Assembly: GCA_002633005.1 (NCBI GenBank)
Contig: NMRA01000268.1
Coordinates: forward strand, 287,982-351,981
Source of the DNA: Phoronis australis
Lineage: Eukaryota > Animalia > Phoronida
Reading direction: 5' to 3'
DNA: 64,000 nt
Part shown: positions 52,677 through 64,000 of the stretch, one piece after another
Numbering within the stretch: the stretch's first letter is position 1
Layout of the letters: each line of letters opens with the position of its first letter
Translations under genes and position numbers: made by a program
The notes under the pieces: generated by a model
Seen by the model: the letters and a program-made list of their open reading frames with translations, nothing else
What the model was told of the DNA's origin: nothing
Databases searched by the model: none

Positions 52677-54176
52677 TTAACTTTCTTGTTTATTTTACTT
52701 GAAAGTTGGTCACAGTGCTGAGATCACAAAATAGTAGATACATACATAAAGTAAATACATGATAGGAGTAGAAGCTAAACCTATTTCAAAAGATCCAAGA
52801 TTTACAAAAAATGATCTAATATGTATACACTAAAGTCACAGCTAGGTGAACTAAGCACAGGGCAATGATAGATCCTTCAACTCTACCCAGGGTGCAACAT
52901 AATGAGCTGCAGGTTGCATCTATGACCTGAAATTTGGAAATGTGAGCTAAGATTTTAGACAACTCGTTATAGTCACTCTGGTGCAAATTGGGCACTCCAA
53001 CTCCAGCGAGCAGAGTAATTGTTGTATCTCCTGAAAATGACCAACAATGTTTTTTTCTATTCTGTAGTCACCACGCTTGATCAACTTGGCACCTGTCACT
53101 ATGTGAGTGCAAGCTGCATTTCGGAACTGCGAGCTGGGATTTAGGCCAGGTGGAAAAAAATGACCATACTGTCAAGGGATGCTACAAGTTGTTGTACTGA
53201 CAGACGAACTGCTCAATGGCTCCAGATGGTGACCAACATCTGTAGTCATTTTAGCTAAATTCAGACAATCATTAATAAGGGCCCCTGCACTGACCGATGA
53301 ATTAACACAGAGAGCACTGACCGTTGAACTTACTGAGTAATAACCAAGTCAATGACTGTTTCACACAGGTTCAACAGCCTTTAGTGCAGAAAGCGCAATT
53401 TTCTAATAATCAATAAAAATAGCAAAACCTTCTATCCAAGGAGAAAGGGGTTGTCACTTGGAGAGGCACATTCCGTTGAGATATAGGGCACAGAACAAAC
53501 GAAACACAACAAGCTTAGTCCACTGTCTCAAATACCAGTAAACTTCACTTTCCCGCAAAAATATTGAGTAAGTCAATCGCGTGGTGGATATCTCACCTGT
53601 TCGATTTCTCAAGCCCAGATCTTTACAGAGTCCAGGGCAAATGGGCTGCCTGAATGCTTGATACATTAGTTATTGATATATTATGCGACATTAATCAACA
53701 AGAATCTGTTCAAAGGTCTTTTAAACACGTTTTGCTAATTTTTAGACTTGCTGAAGAGAATGAACTGAATGAGTCGAAAAGCGTAGATAATTCATACATG
53801 CTCAGGACCACAGTCGAAGTGCGGTGAAAATGCATAAACAAAAAACAAATTCAAAAGTGTAAAGTATGGTTTAGTAGTATTTTTCATCACGAATTTGAAT
53901 AAAATATCAAAAGTGACCTCCGTCTCAAAGTTACGAAGTTGGTTGTGTTTTTACAACTGAAAACAACTAGGCTGAAGTAAAGTTTTATTAGTGGTCAATT
54001 GACAATGTACACAGATCATACTATGGGGATATTTATGTATTCGGATCTTATGCTGATAACTATACTGAAATCTTTTGTGCGCTACAGGACCCTTTGCTTT
54101 TTAAAATGCTGTGCGTTCCATCTTTACTTCACCAGGCTCTGCTGGGGGTATATATCTGTGATAAGCCACCCTAACA

Positions 54177-54390
54177 CCTTTCTTATATTGCGAGTAGGAG
54201 ATGGAAGCATATCAATAAGCCATATACAGTTTATCCTTTAATAACAACCCTTTCTTATAATGCGAGTAGGAGATGGAAGCATATCAATAAGCCATATACT
54301 GTTTATCCTTTAATAACAACCCTTTCTTATAATGCGAGTAGGAGATGGAAGCATATCAATAAGCCATATACTGTTTATCCTTTAATAACA
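54177..54390. repeat. 71-bp tandem repeat, 3 copies, ending at an N gap
   Basis: cctttcttataatgcgagtaggagatggaagcatatc... repeated; only one diverged unit in the duplicate block near 55372. Confidence 0.85.
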
Positions 54391-56654
54391 NGTTGTTGTA
54401 CTGACAGACGAACTGCTCAATGGCTCCAGATGGTGACCAACATCTGTAGTCATTTTAGCTAAATTCAGACAATCATTAATAAGGGCCCCTGTGCTGACGG
54501 ATGAATTAACACACAGAGCACTGACCGTTGAACTTACTGAGTAATAAACAAGTCAATGACACAGGTTCAACAGCCTTTAGTACAGAAAGCGCAATTTTCT
54601 AATAATCAATGAAAATAGCAAAACCTTCTATCCAAGGAGAAAGGGGTTGTCACTTGGAGAGGCACATTCCGTGGAGATATAGGGCCCAGAACAAACGAAA
54701 CACAACAAGCTTAGTCCACTGTCTCAAATACCAGTAAACTTCACTTTCCCGCAAAAATATTGAGTAAGTCAATCTCGTGGTGAATATCTCACCTGTTCGA
54801 TTTCTCAAGCCCAGATCTTTACAGAGTCCAGGGAAAATGGGCTGCCTGAATGCTTGATACATTAGTTATTGATATATTATGCGACATTAATCAACAAGAA
54901 TCTGTTCAAAGGTCTTTTAAACACGTTTTGCTAATTTTTAGACTTGCTGAAGAGAATGAACTGAATGAGTCGAAAAGCGTAAATAATTCATACATGCTCA
55001 GGACCAGAGTCGAAGTGCGGTGAAAATGCATAAACAAAAAACAAATTCAAAAGTGTAAAGTATGGTTTAGTAGTATTTTTCATCACGAATTTGAATAAAA
55101 TATCAAAAGTGACCTCCGTCTCAAAGTTAAGAAGTTGGTTGTGTTTTTACAACTGAAAACAACTAGGCTGAAGTAAAGTTTTATTAGTGGTCAATTGACA
55201 ATGTACACAGATCATACTATGGGGATATTTATGTATTCGGATCTTATGCTGATAACTATACTGAAATCTTTTGTGCGCTACAGGACCCTTTGCTTTGTAA
55301 AATGCTGTGCTTTCCACCTTTACTTCACCAGGCTCTGCTGGGGGTATATATCTGTGATAAGCCACCCTAACACCTTTCTTATATTGCGAGTACGAGATGG
55401 CCGCATATGAACAAGCCATATACTGTTTATCCTTTAATAACAACCAATTGCATTTCATGTATCAAACAATTATTCAATAAAATGTTTGGCAAAGAAAGAA
55501 AATAAATTAAAATATATTGAGTGCGGCACTTGTGGACCTTAATTAATACAAAATGAAATACGATGGACAGAAACAATTGTTCACATCATAAAAAAGAGTG
55601 GAAATTGTTTTTATTTTATGAAACCTGAAATATTCACTTCTGTACCCAACCATGTTTACTTACAGACCAGTAGTTATACAATCAACTGATGAGCATATTA
55701 AACAGTAGTGGTAAGAATAGGAAAGTTTCTCAGAATCGACAACAGGTGATGCCGTCTTACGCTACCAGACAAAATTTGTGTGCAGCCGAGGTGGCTTCGC
55801 CTCATTCGTGTGACCTTCAAAACTTTTTTAGCAACACCAAACAAATATTTCTGTGCAGCCTCACTTACATTAATTTTAATTAAATTCAGCTATATAGAAG
55901 AATCAATTTCACTGTATTGAAATAAATTTTGATTCCATGTTTTTCTTTAGCAATGATATCGGCGACAAACCGTTGAATCGTTGCTTCACTATTACACAGG
56001 GAAAAAGAACCTATTGATTTTCATCAAACCTGTTGCTAAGCTAAGCTTTTAACATATGTCAACATGACTGACAAACAGTTGAACTACAGGGTGGGCAGAG
56101 GAAGGAAATGTTTTGTAAATTCATAACTGATTCAGCACTGAGCCTGTAACTACCTGTTGTTATAGCTAGGTGGGGTCCATTCCAAGTAACTGGGTAGGTG
56201 TTGCAGAACATCTAAAATCCTGATTTTTAATGCAATGTCTATATGGGGTTTTACATCGTGTCGCATATATGCAGCGCCCTACTCACTAGCCTACATCGTA
56301 ATACATCCAATGATGCTAACGGTACTGAAGATGAATGCCACAAATTACAAACGTGTTTGCTCACGTCCTTTCATCATAGTGCAGTGTGCCGCTATATTAA
56401 AAAGTACAGACACAAGTTTACATGTCTACGTAACACTATGCTAAAAAACAACCGTTTCCTTCTTCAGTCCAATGAAAATCCCGCCTGTGTTAAACCTGGG
56501 AGTATTGGTACTATGTTAAACTTAGAAGAAATTGTAAACACTCAAGGAATTATGGGTAATTCTTTACCTGTCTCACACACGATATGGTGGACAAGTGAAT
56601 TTCATTTTGTCAAATTTCTCAATAAAAATGAAGATTAAGAAAAATTCAATAACT

Positions 56655-56865
56655 TGTTAGCCTGTTTGTATAGCGTAGATGTGATAAAACAACAGTGTTT
56701 AGCTTGTTCGTACTGTGTAGCTGTCATAAAACAACAGTGTTTAGCCTGTTTGTACTGTGTAGTTGTCATAAAACAAAAGTGTTTAGCTTATTTATACTAT
56801 GTAGATGTCATAAAACAACAGTATTTAGCTTGTTTGTACTGTCTAGATGTCATAAAACAACATTT
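56655..56865. repeat. 42-bp tandem repeat, about 5 copies
   Basis: tgtttagcttgtttgtactgtgtagatgtcataaaacaacag units; explains the repetitive ORFs at 56654 and 56695. Confidence 0.9.
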
Positions 56866-57139
56866 GGTTATGTTTCTATAAATTACAGCAAGGTAACCTG
56901 CCTTAGAAAATACTTGTGCAAAAACAGCTGGATCACCAGTACCCTAATGCAATGTGCAGACACATGTCCTCAACCTTAACTGCCATTATTCATGAGAAAC
57001 ATGTAATACCAGCATTATAACATCAAACAATGTAAAGTATGTTCATATCCTGGTACTAATCACAGGTGACTGGACAGACCAATTATTATTTCCTTTTTAG
57101 TAGCAACCAAGGGGTCACACGCATATAAGATTTCAAAAC

Positions 57140-58045
57140 CTGTGTTTGAATAACTAGCATGTATTTCAAGATTAGTTAAACGACATCAATTATTTAAAGC
57201 TCAGTAACATTTAGAAATCATTTCTTTTTAATACAAGCATGACAATGCGTAGCCTTGGTACAAAGCTGTATAAAAATATACAGCTTTGCACCGATGTGGG
57301 TAAAAAAGTGGCAAGATAAAATCTGACACAAAATTGGTGTCATTAAAAACTACAGTCTTCCTTGAGTAAACTAAATTATTTAACGGTGTTGGCAAAATTG
57401 GCGTTCTACCGTTATTCTGCTGCTAAAGTTGTGAAGCGATCTTTAGCGACGGATTTCGGCGCCGTGAAATTTTTAGAATTTTGATACCGAAAAATCAAAT
57501 TTCAGAAGAAATTTTGCTGCTGCCAAGCTATCATCATCACCCGAGAGATGTCGCAAAAATTTAGGAAATGGCGCGTGTGAGTGACACGAGCGTACTGTTT
57601 TCAAAACGACGAAATACTTTTCATTGTTAGAAAAGGCGGAGAGTTACACAAGAAAATGACGTTTATTGCATTGTTTTTCACTTAAACGGCTGTAACGGGA
57701 AAGGCGAGTGTTGGTTGACTCCCAGATTTTGCATGCACACCGTCCGGTTTTTAGCTTTACATGTTGATACAAGTTTCACGGCACGGTGACGAGCAGAACT
57801 ACCCAGGCTGTGTGCAATTTCGGGGTCTACAGAAGAAATACACACAGTGGGACCTAGCTGTATTTTGACGACAGTCTTCATACAGCTAGCTGGCTGGCTA
57901 GACAATGCGCAAAACATTAGAATATCATAAAGATATATGAAATGGCAACTCAAAATGTGCTTAGCCTCGAGAATCATTTATATTTGTTAGTTGCGTGGTA
58001 AATTTTTGCCAAGCGTGAGAAACGTTAAATGATAGTTTGCCTTAA
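57140..58045 (-). repeat. Second diverged copy of the 23264-24070 repeat family, ending at a TTAA
   Basis: Reverse-complement homology as above; terminus GATAGTTTGCC-TTAA. Confidence 0.75.
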
Positions 58046-58757
58046 AAATCTTGACATTTGGAGACAACAAGTGAAATATTGCACAAATATAGTGGCATCG
58101 TAAAATTGAAAATGTATAGAAGCGATTTTAGTTTCCAAATTGTAACTCAAGCGCCAATCTTGACCAGGATGCAACATAATCGATACAGTTAAACATAATA
58201 AATCATTTTGACAGCATAACTCTCACTATATAAGGTATACCACCACCTGTGACCAGGTTTAATACTTAATCCCTTAGCACAGATCAATATGCCAAGAATT
58301 TGGATGTTTGGGCTGAGATGATCGCACTCACAGGTTAACATCTCCACCCGTTAAACCAATAAAGATAACTACTCAGTGGTATCAAGTTCACTGAGCCGCT
58401 TTCACGCAGCTATGGTGAATAATCTGCATTCAGTGTTATAGTAAAATCTATCAAACAGTTTATTTGCTCATAAATATATTCTTGAAATTTTTTAAAAAGT
58501 GCAATTATGACAATTATTTTTGTTTGACATCGGTTAGAGTAGTCAAAATATTTCCTACCAAACTAAAATGGACCAGTAATGTAATTTAAACAATTTGAAT
58601 GTTGTAACAACAAAGATGGTAAGCTCACAATACAAACATGCAAAGAGCAATGCCAATCAAGTGTTTGGAAAAACATCTGGCATCTTCTACAAATGGTACA
58701 TTAACCAAATAAAAGAGCTATTATCACTTACTTTTATATTCTCCTCCTACTACAGTC

Positions 58758-58893
58758 AAGCGACCCATACATCATATTGCATGTTTTGGCACACTTTGCA
58801 TTATGGAAATACTATGGATGTCGTAAGCGACCCATACATCATATTGCATGTTTTGGCACACTTTGCATTATGGAAATACTATGGATGTCGTAA
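58758..58893. repeat. 66-bp perfect tandem duplication
   Basis: aagcgacccatacatcatattgcatg...ggatgtcgt present twice. Confidence 0.9.
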
Positions 58894-60421
58894 ATTCTTT
58901 ACAGAAACAAGACTTAGCTTTACGTAATTGCTGTTACAAAATCTTAACACCGAAAGCCATTGCTCTGACTGACCTTTAAAAAACACTACTTGTAAACCCT
59001 AGCCTTCGCACACAACACATTGCAGAAAACTTACTAACCATGTTATGGCCATAGTTTTTTGGTCACCAAATTGAAGCTTGTATGTTTGATATATTTACTG
59101 CTACAACATAGCTCTGTTCAAATGATGCAACGCCATAAAAACGAGAAAGTGTGGAACAAATATTGATGTCATTTATTTGTCAGATTATGCTTCATGTAAG
59201 AATTTATAAAAACATGCGATATTTAGGTCTGCCGATATTTAGTTCCGTCCAATATTTAGGTCCGTCCGATACTTAAGTAAATAATCTGTACAGCACACAA
59301 CAGAAAATTCTTAGTACTAATTTATTAGACAAAAACAAGTACAAACTCGGCACAAACACATTTGAATTGATTGACATTTTGTTGATACATAATCAGTCCA
59401 ATTTTAATTTTTAAAAATGCAATTATCATAATGCATTAGTTTCAGGGTTTGAATTTTACTTTCTTGCATATTTAACTGATAATACACTGAATTATTTCTA
59501 AACAAAACCAAACTCTGCATTGATGAGTTTGGTTAAAAGTGCAAAATTTGGTTGTTACTATTTGATCACTATTACTTCTTTGTCAAAAATCAAGTAAAGA
59601 CTGTACTCAACGCAGTATGCAAGAAGACTGGCAACATATGGGCTGTGAAAAATGTGGATGTTTTTGTGGCATAAATCAGTTCTGTAATAAGTATCTAACA
59701 TGCTGAGATCAAGTAAATCACTTCAATCAAGCATATGTTTTAACTTAAAGTGCAACATGTACATCATAGTCTACCAACCTGTAACCAGAATCTATGTAGA
59801 AAAGGCCATTGACATGTCTAATCTTCTTTCTTTTTTGAACTTCAGTATAATAAACTACGTAAAAATGGATTTCATCAACCATTTAATAAACTGGACATGC
59901 TGAAGTTATGTAACCTTGTTAATCTCACTTGTACGATGCATCGGTAGCATCCGACTTCTGCTACAAGTCGGATGCGTAGACATTAAAACACCACGCTCGT
60001 GACAGACATGTCATTTGCTTGATTTTTATTTCGATAAACAATGTCTTTCGAGAGATTTCAACAACTTCTCTAAAGCAAAATTTGCTCAGATACCAGCACC
60101 CTATTGCTAAAATACTTAAACCATATAACGCAGTGAAACCAACTCCTCTACTTTGTAGTGGATGATGTACAAACATGCTGAAAAAACCCTGTTGATTGAA
60201 GCATTGAAATTGGCCACCAGATGGTGTCCCATTTTGTAGCCTCAACGGTGATGCATATGAACACTATACAAAATGAAAATCAGAACAATGTCACAGTATT
60301 TGATTAGTATACTCAAGGAAATGATGCTTTCAACAACTTTAATTTTGCAACAGATACTATTTTGTTAACTTTTTAGTCAACATCATTCAGAAGGTGTAAA
60401 TTTGTATTTGTAACCCAACTT

Positions 60422-60567
60422 CGGGTAAAAGTGGAGTAAACGGGCCCCTCTTGAGAATGGCTGCCAGGAACCAGTTTTCACTGAGTAATGACAATGTCTG
60501 TTATCCAGAGTAAACTGGTTCCTGGTAGCCATTTTGAAGAGGGACCGATTTGATCCACTTGTACCCG
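60422..60567. repeat. Fold-back inverted repeat with about 56-bp arms
   Basis: cgggtaaaagtgga...aatggctgccaggaaccagttt pairs with aaactggttcctggtagccatt...tccacttgtacccg. Confidence 0.72.
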
Positions 60568-60628
60568 GCTTTGTACCAAAGCTAAGTTGTCATACGAAGG
60601 TAAGTAATAGACTCTGGTGTCAGTGTAA

Positions 60629-61939
60629 TGTAGTAATAGCCGAGATTACCCGACCCGGGGATCGAACCAGCGACCCCCATAAAACCGGAAAGCGTGCTAA
60701 CCATTCAGCTTATAGGCAATTGCCCGTTAGCGAGTAGCTAACAGAGGCTCATATAATTCACCGGAAGCACATCTACAACATTCCCCCCTTTCCTACGGAA
60801 TGGGCACGCGACAGGAAGGTGAACACCAGGATGTCTCGCATACAGGTCATCAACGTCCCTTGGTACCTTTACCACCACAACACAGGTGAACACAAGGTCG
60901 TCTCTCATACAGGTCCTTGACTCCTGGAACCTTCCACGCGCGCTGTCCCGAGGTCCGTGGGTACTAGTTGGCAGTGCTTCATCGGTAGATCATCCGTTTG
61001 CCGACTACGCCATTTGTTGTATTACCCGAGATTACCCGACCCGGGGATCGAACCCGCGACCCCCATAAAACCGGCAAGCGTGCTAACCATTCAGCTAATA
61101 GGCAATTGCCCGTTAGCGAGTAGCTAACAGAGGCTCATATAATTCACCGGAAGCACATCTACAACATTCACACCTTTCCTACGGAACGGGCACGCGACAG
61201 GAAGGTGAACACCAGGATGTCTCGCATACAGGTCATCAACGTCCCTTGGTACCTTTACCACCACAACACAGGTGAACACAAGGTCGTCTCTCATACAGGT
61301 CCTTGACTCCTGGAACCTTCCACGCGCGCTGTCCCGAGGTCCGTGGGTACTAGTTGGCAGTGCTTCATCGGTAGATCATCCGTTTGCCGACTACGCCATT
61401 TGTAGTAATAGCCGAGATTACCCGACCCGGGGATCGAACCCGCGACCCCCATAAAACCGGCAAGCGTGCTAACCATTCAGCTAATAGGCAATTGCCCGTT
61501 AGCGAGTAGCTAACAGAGGCTCATATAATTCACCGGAAGCACATCTACAACATTCCCCCCTTTCCTACGGAACGGGCACGCGACAGGAAGGTGAACACCA
61601 GGATGTCTCGCATACAGGTCATCAACGTCCCTTGGTACCTTTACCACCACAACACAGGTGAACACAAGGTCGTCTCTCATACAGGTCCTTGACTCCTGGA
61701 ACCTTCCACGCGCGCTGTCCCGAGGTCCGTGGGTACTAGTTGGCAGTGCTTCATCGGTAGATCATCCGTTTGCCGACTACGCCATTTGTAGTAATAGCCG
61801 AGATTACCCGACCCGGGGATCGAACCAGCCACCCCCCATAAAACCAGCAAGCGTGCTAACCATTCAGCTAATAGGCAATTGCCCGTTAGCGAGTAGCTAA
61901 CAGAGGCTCATATAATTCACCGGAAGCACATCCACAACA
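60629..61939 (-). mobile_element. Tandem TRIM (non-autonomous LTR retrotransposon) with tRNA-like LTRs, Helenus-like: 4 LTRs and 3 internal domains
   Basis: LTRs at 60629-60780, 61015-61166, 61401-61552 and 61787-61939 with TG...CA ends; 234-bp internal domains, 386-bp period; PBS TGGCGTAGTCGGCA; PPT GGAAAGGGGGGAA; TSD GTAA at 60625-60628 and 61940-61943. Confidence 0.93.
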
Positions 61940-62092
61940 GTAAAAACAGCATTCATCTAGCTTTCCATAAATGTGTACACAGGGGCATCTTACATGAAAA
62001 ATACTAAATACAGTCTGCCATATTGTAGGCCTAAATAGCTAACGAGACAAGGGCAAGGGCAAGGCATGGCATTTTTGTTTCCTTATACTTAC

Positions 62093-62327
62093 TCCATATT
62101 TCTTTTTCTCGCCCCTTTGTCCCTAAGCCAACATCAAACTCTTTTCCTCCGTGAAATAGACCAAAATGGAGCGTTCCATTTCCTTCATTCTTATTATCTT
62201 TCATCTTCACAGGCGTCGACTGGATCCAGTACTCAGTAGCCAGAGAAACCGATATCAACGCGATCCCAGCAACGCAAAAAATAAATGTCATAGTAATAAA
62301 AAAGCGTTTCTTTTTGTCCATCATCAT
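62093..62327 (-). CDS. CLRN: Clarin-family tetraspan membrane protein, exon 1
   Basis: N-terminal TM helix followed by SLATEYW and GTLHFGLFHG...G.G, the clarin/claudin-like first loop signature; donor A|gtaagt, phase 1. Confidence 0.88.
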
Positions 62328-62694
62328 CCTGGTAGTAGCTGTAGCGACAGGTGACTAAACTGTGTACGTACTCATAAAACCATCAAAATCTGAGGAATAT
62401 TAGTGCTGCACAGAGAAATCTATGATCAACGACACCGCTGCAACAGGAGCTGATAACAATAACACTTCCGCTCTGCTCATACCATAGTCTATGCTGTAGC
62501 ATAACCAAGAACGATATAATTTTGTAAATAATTCTGATAAAGAACAAAATATGTTGTGAAACCTCTGAATATAAGGAATTAGATGATTATTGTAGAATAT
62601 TAAATAGGATTTTAAAGTAACTGACTAAAGATAACACCTTTGTAAATAAATAGGTCAATTAATATCCCCTCGAGATTGGGGTAAATTTAGAAAG

Positions 62695-62710
62695 ATGGCG
62701 GCAACCTTGA
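62695..62710 (+). CDS. Candidate first coding exon (MAATL) of an unidentified gene divergent from clarin
   Basis: aagATGGCGGC (Kozak/YY1-like start) followed 16 nt later by consensus donor gtaagt; no downstream exon confirmed. Confidence 0.3.
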
Positions 62711-63064
62711 GTAAGTGTCGTGAAGAAATTTGTTTAACATTTTTAGCCTCGGTACTGCTTCTGTCTTTCATATTGCTGAATTTAAAAGAATTAAAAGTTG
62801 CACTAATCCTGTGACAATGCAGAAAATGAGAAATTCAAGGGTTGAAACATGAACCTATAGGAATGATATTCTCTCGCTTCCTCGACTGCTTCACTTCAAC
62901 AAGGGGGAATGCATGGACATTTAAAAGAGGATTGTTTGTTGTGGATTTTTGAGTGGCAGTATTCAATTGTAGATTTCTTTAAATTTTTGCGAGCATTTTT
63001 AAAGGCCCCGGGTATAGATCCATCTCTAGTGATTCTTCTATAATCCAGGCATATGTTTTGTAAC

Positions 63065-63446
63065 TGTAGTAATAGCCGAGATCACCCGACCCGGGGATCG
63101 AACCCGCGACCCCCATAAAACCAGCAAGCGTGCTAACCATTCAGCTAATACGCAATTGTCCGTTAGCGAGTAGCTAACAGAGGCTCATATAATTCACCGG
63201 AAGCACATCTACAACATTCCTCCCTTTCCTACGGAACGGGCACGCGACAGGAAGGTGAACACCAGGATGTCTCGCATACAGGTCATCAACGTCCCTTGGT
63301 ACCTTTACCACCACAACACAGGTGAACACAAGGTCGTCTCTCATACAGGTCCTTGACTCCTGGAACCTTCCACGCGCGCTGTCCCGAGGTCCGTGGGTAC
63401 TAGTTGGCAGTGGTTCATCGGTAGATCATCCGTTTGCCGACTACGC
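63065..63446 (-). mobile_element. Truncated copy of the same TRIM (3' LTR plus internal domain, broken in the PBS)
   Basis: LTR 63065-63216 and internal 63217-63446 nearly identical to the array units; 5' LTR absent. Confidence 0.9.
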
Positions 63447-64000
63447 TAGGGACGTGACAAAGTCTTATCTCAACGCTGATTGGCTTTTCCCAGATGTTGC
63501 GTAATGGCGATTATCGATTAGACAGCCATTGTTTCACGGTGGCTATAGTATTTCCACTCTCTCTCCTCCAGAAACCAAGAAAACAGGGAACCACATTATT
63601 GATGACGTAGACAGTAAATTCTTCTAATCATACGTCATTTTCTTTGTTGTGTTTTCATTCTTGTTAAAGCATGTGACTGGTGAGAAGTTGGGGGAATTTT
63701 TCGCTCCTGTTTGACAGCTTGCATTTTGAAAGGTAAGCTATTGATTCTTATGAAATGTAATATGTTTTCTTTTTTAATATCTCTTGCAACTGTTCACCAA
63801 GTTTCATTCCAATCAATTCACCGTATCATGATCTGCTAACTCCGTGAAAGTTAAGACCCGAGGCAGGCATTCTCGCTGACCAGCCATAACGGACCAGTGT
63901 ATCAGCATTGCCGTTTATGGTTAACAATTGCTCTTAAATTAGGTAGATTGACTAGTTTATGTAAATTAATAGCAGAATTGATCAATTTGGATGAAGTTCC

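Noticed and set aside
56654-56979. Cysteine-rich repetitive ORFs
   Set aside because: By-product of a 42-bp tandem repeat whose length is divisible by three.
60886-61900. Repeated 60-80 aa ORFs (MNTRSSLIQ...) as a small protein family
   Set aside because: They start at GTG, run antisense to the TRIM and simply follow the repeat period.
60629-61939. CRISPR-like array or functional tRNA gene cluster
   Set aside because: The intervening segments are identical rather than unique spacers, the context is eukaryotic, and the tRNA-like part lacks a proper acceptor stem and anticodon arm; LTR, PBS, PPT and TSD explain the structure.

Overview
AT-rich, intron-containing eukaryotic DNA from an invertebrate-type draft assembly; most ORFs in the supplied track are spurious. 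Three spliced genes were assembled by hand from GT-AG sites and reading phases: the 5' part of a pantothenate kinase gene (minus strand, continuing off the left edge), a complete 7-exon ribose-5-phosphate isomerase A gene (plus strand, about 258 aa) and a complete 4-exon clarin-family gene (minus strand, about 269 aa). Introns and intergenic DNA hold many mobile elements: Helentron-associated (HINE/DINE-1-like) elements with internal satellite arrays, an internally deleted Kolobok-type transposon nested in a HERO-like retroelement remnant, L1/Tx1 and CR1-group fragments, and several MITEs. The most striking feature is a miniature non-coding LTR retrotransposon (TRIM) whose 152-bp LTRs carry tRNA-like Pol III A and B boxes, with a tRNA-Ser primer-binding site, a polypurine tract and 4-bp target-site duplications. 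It occurs as a 4-LTR tandem array, a truncated copy, a solo LTR and a half LTR, all close to gene 5' ends. Three near-identical duplications flank single-N gaps and are probably assembly artefacts. All family assignments are from motif recognition, not database searches.
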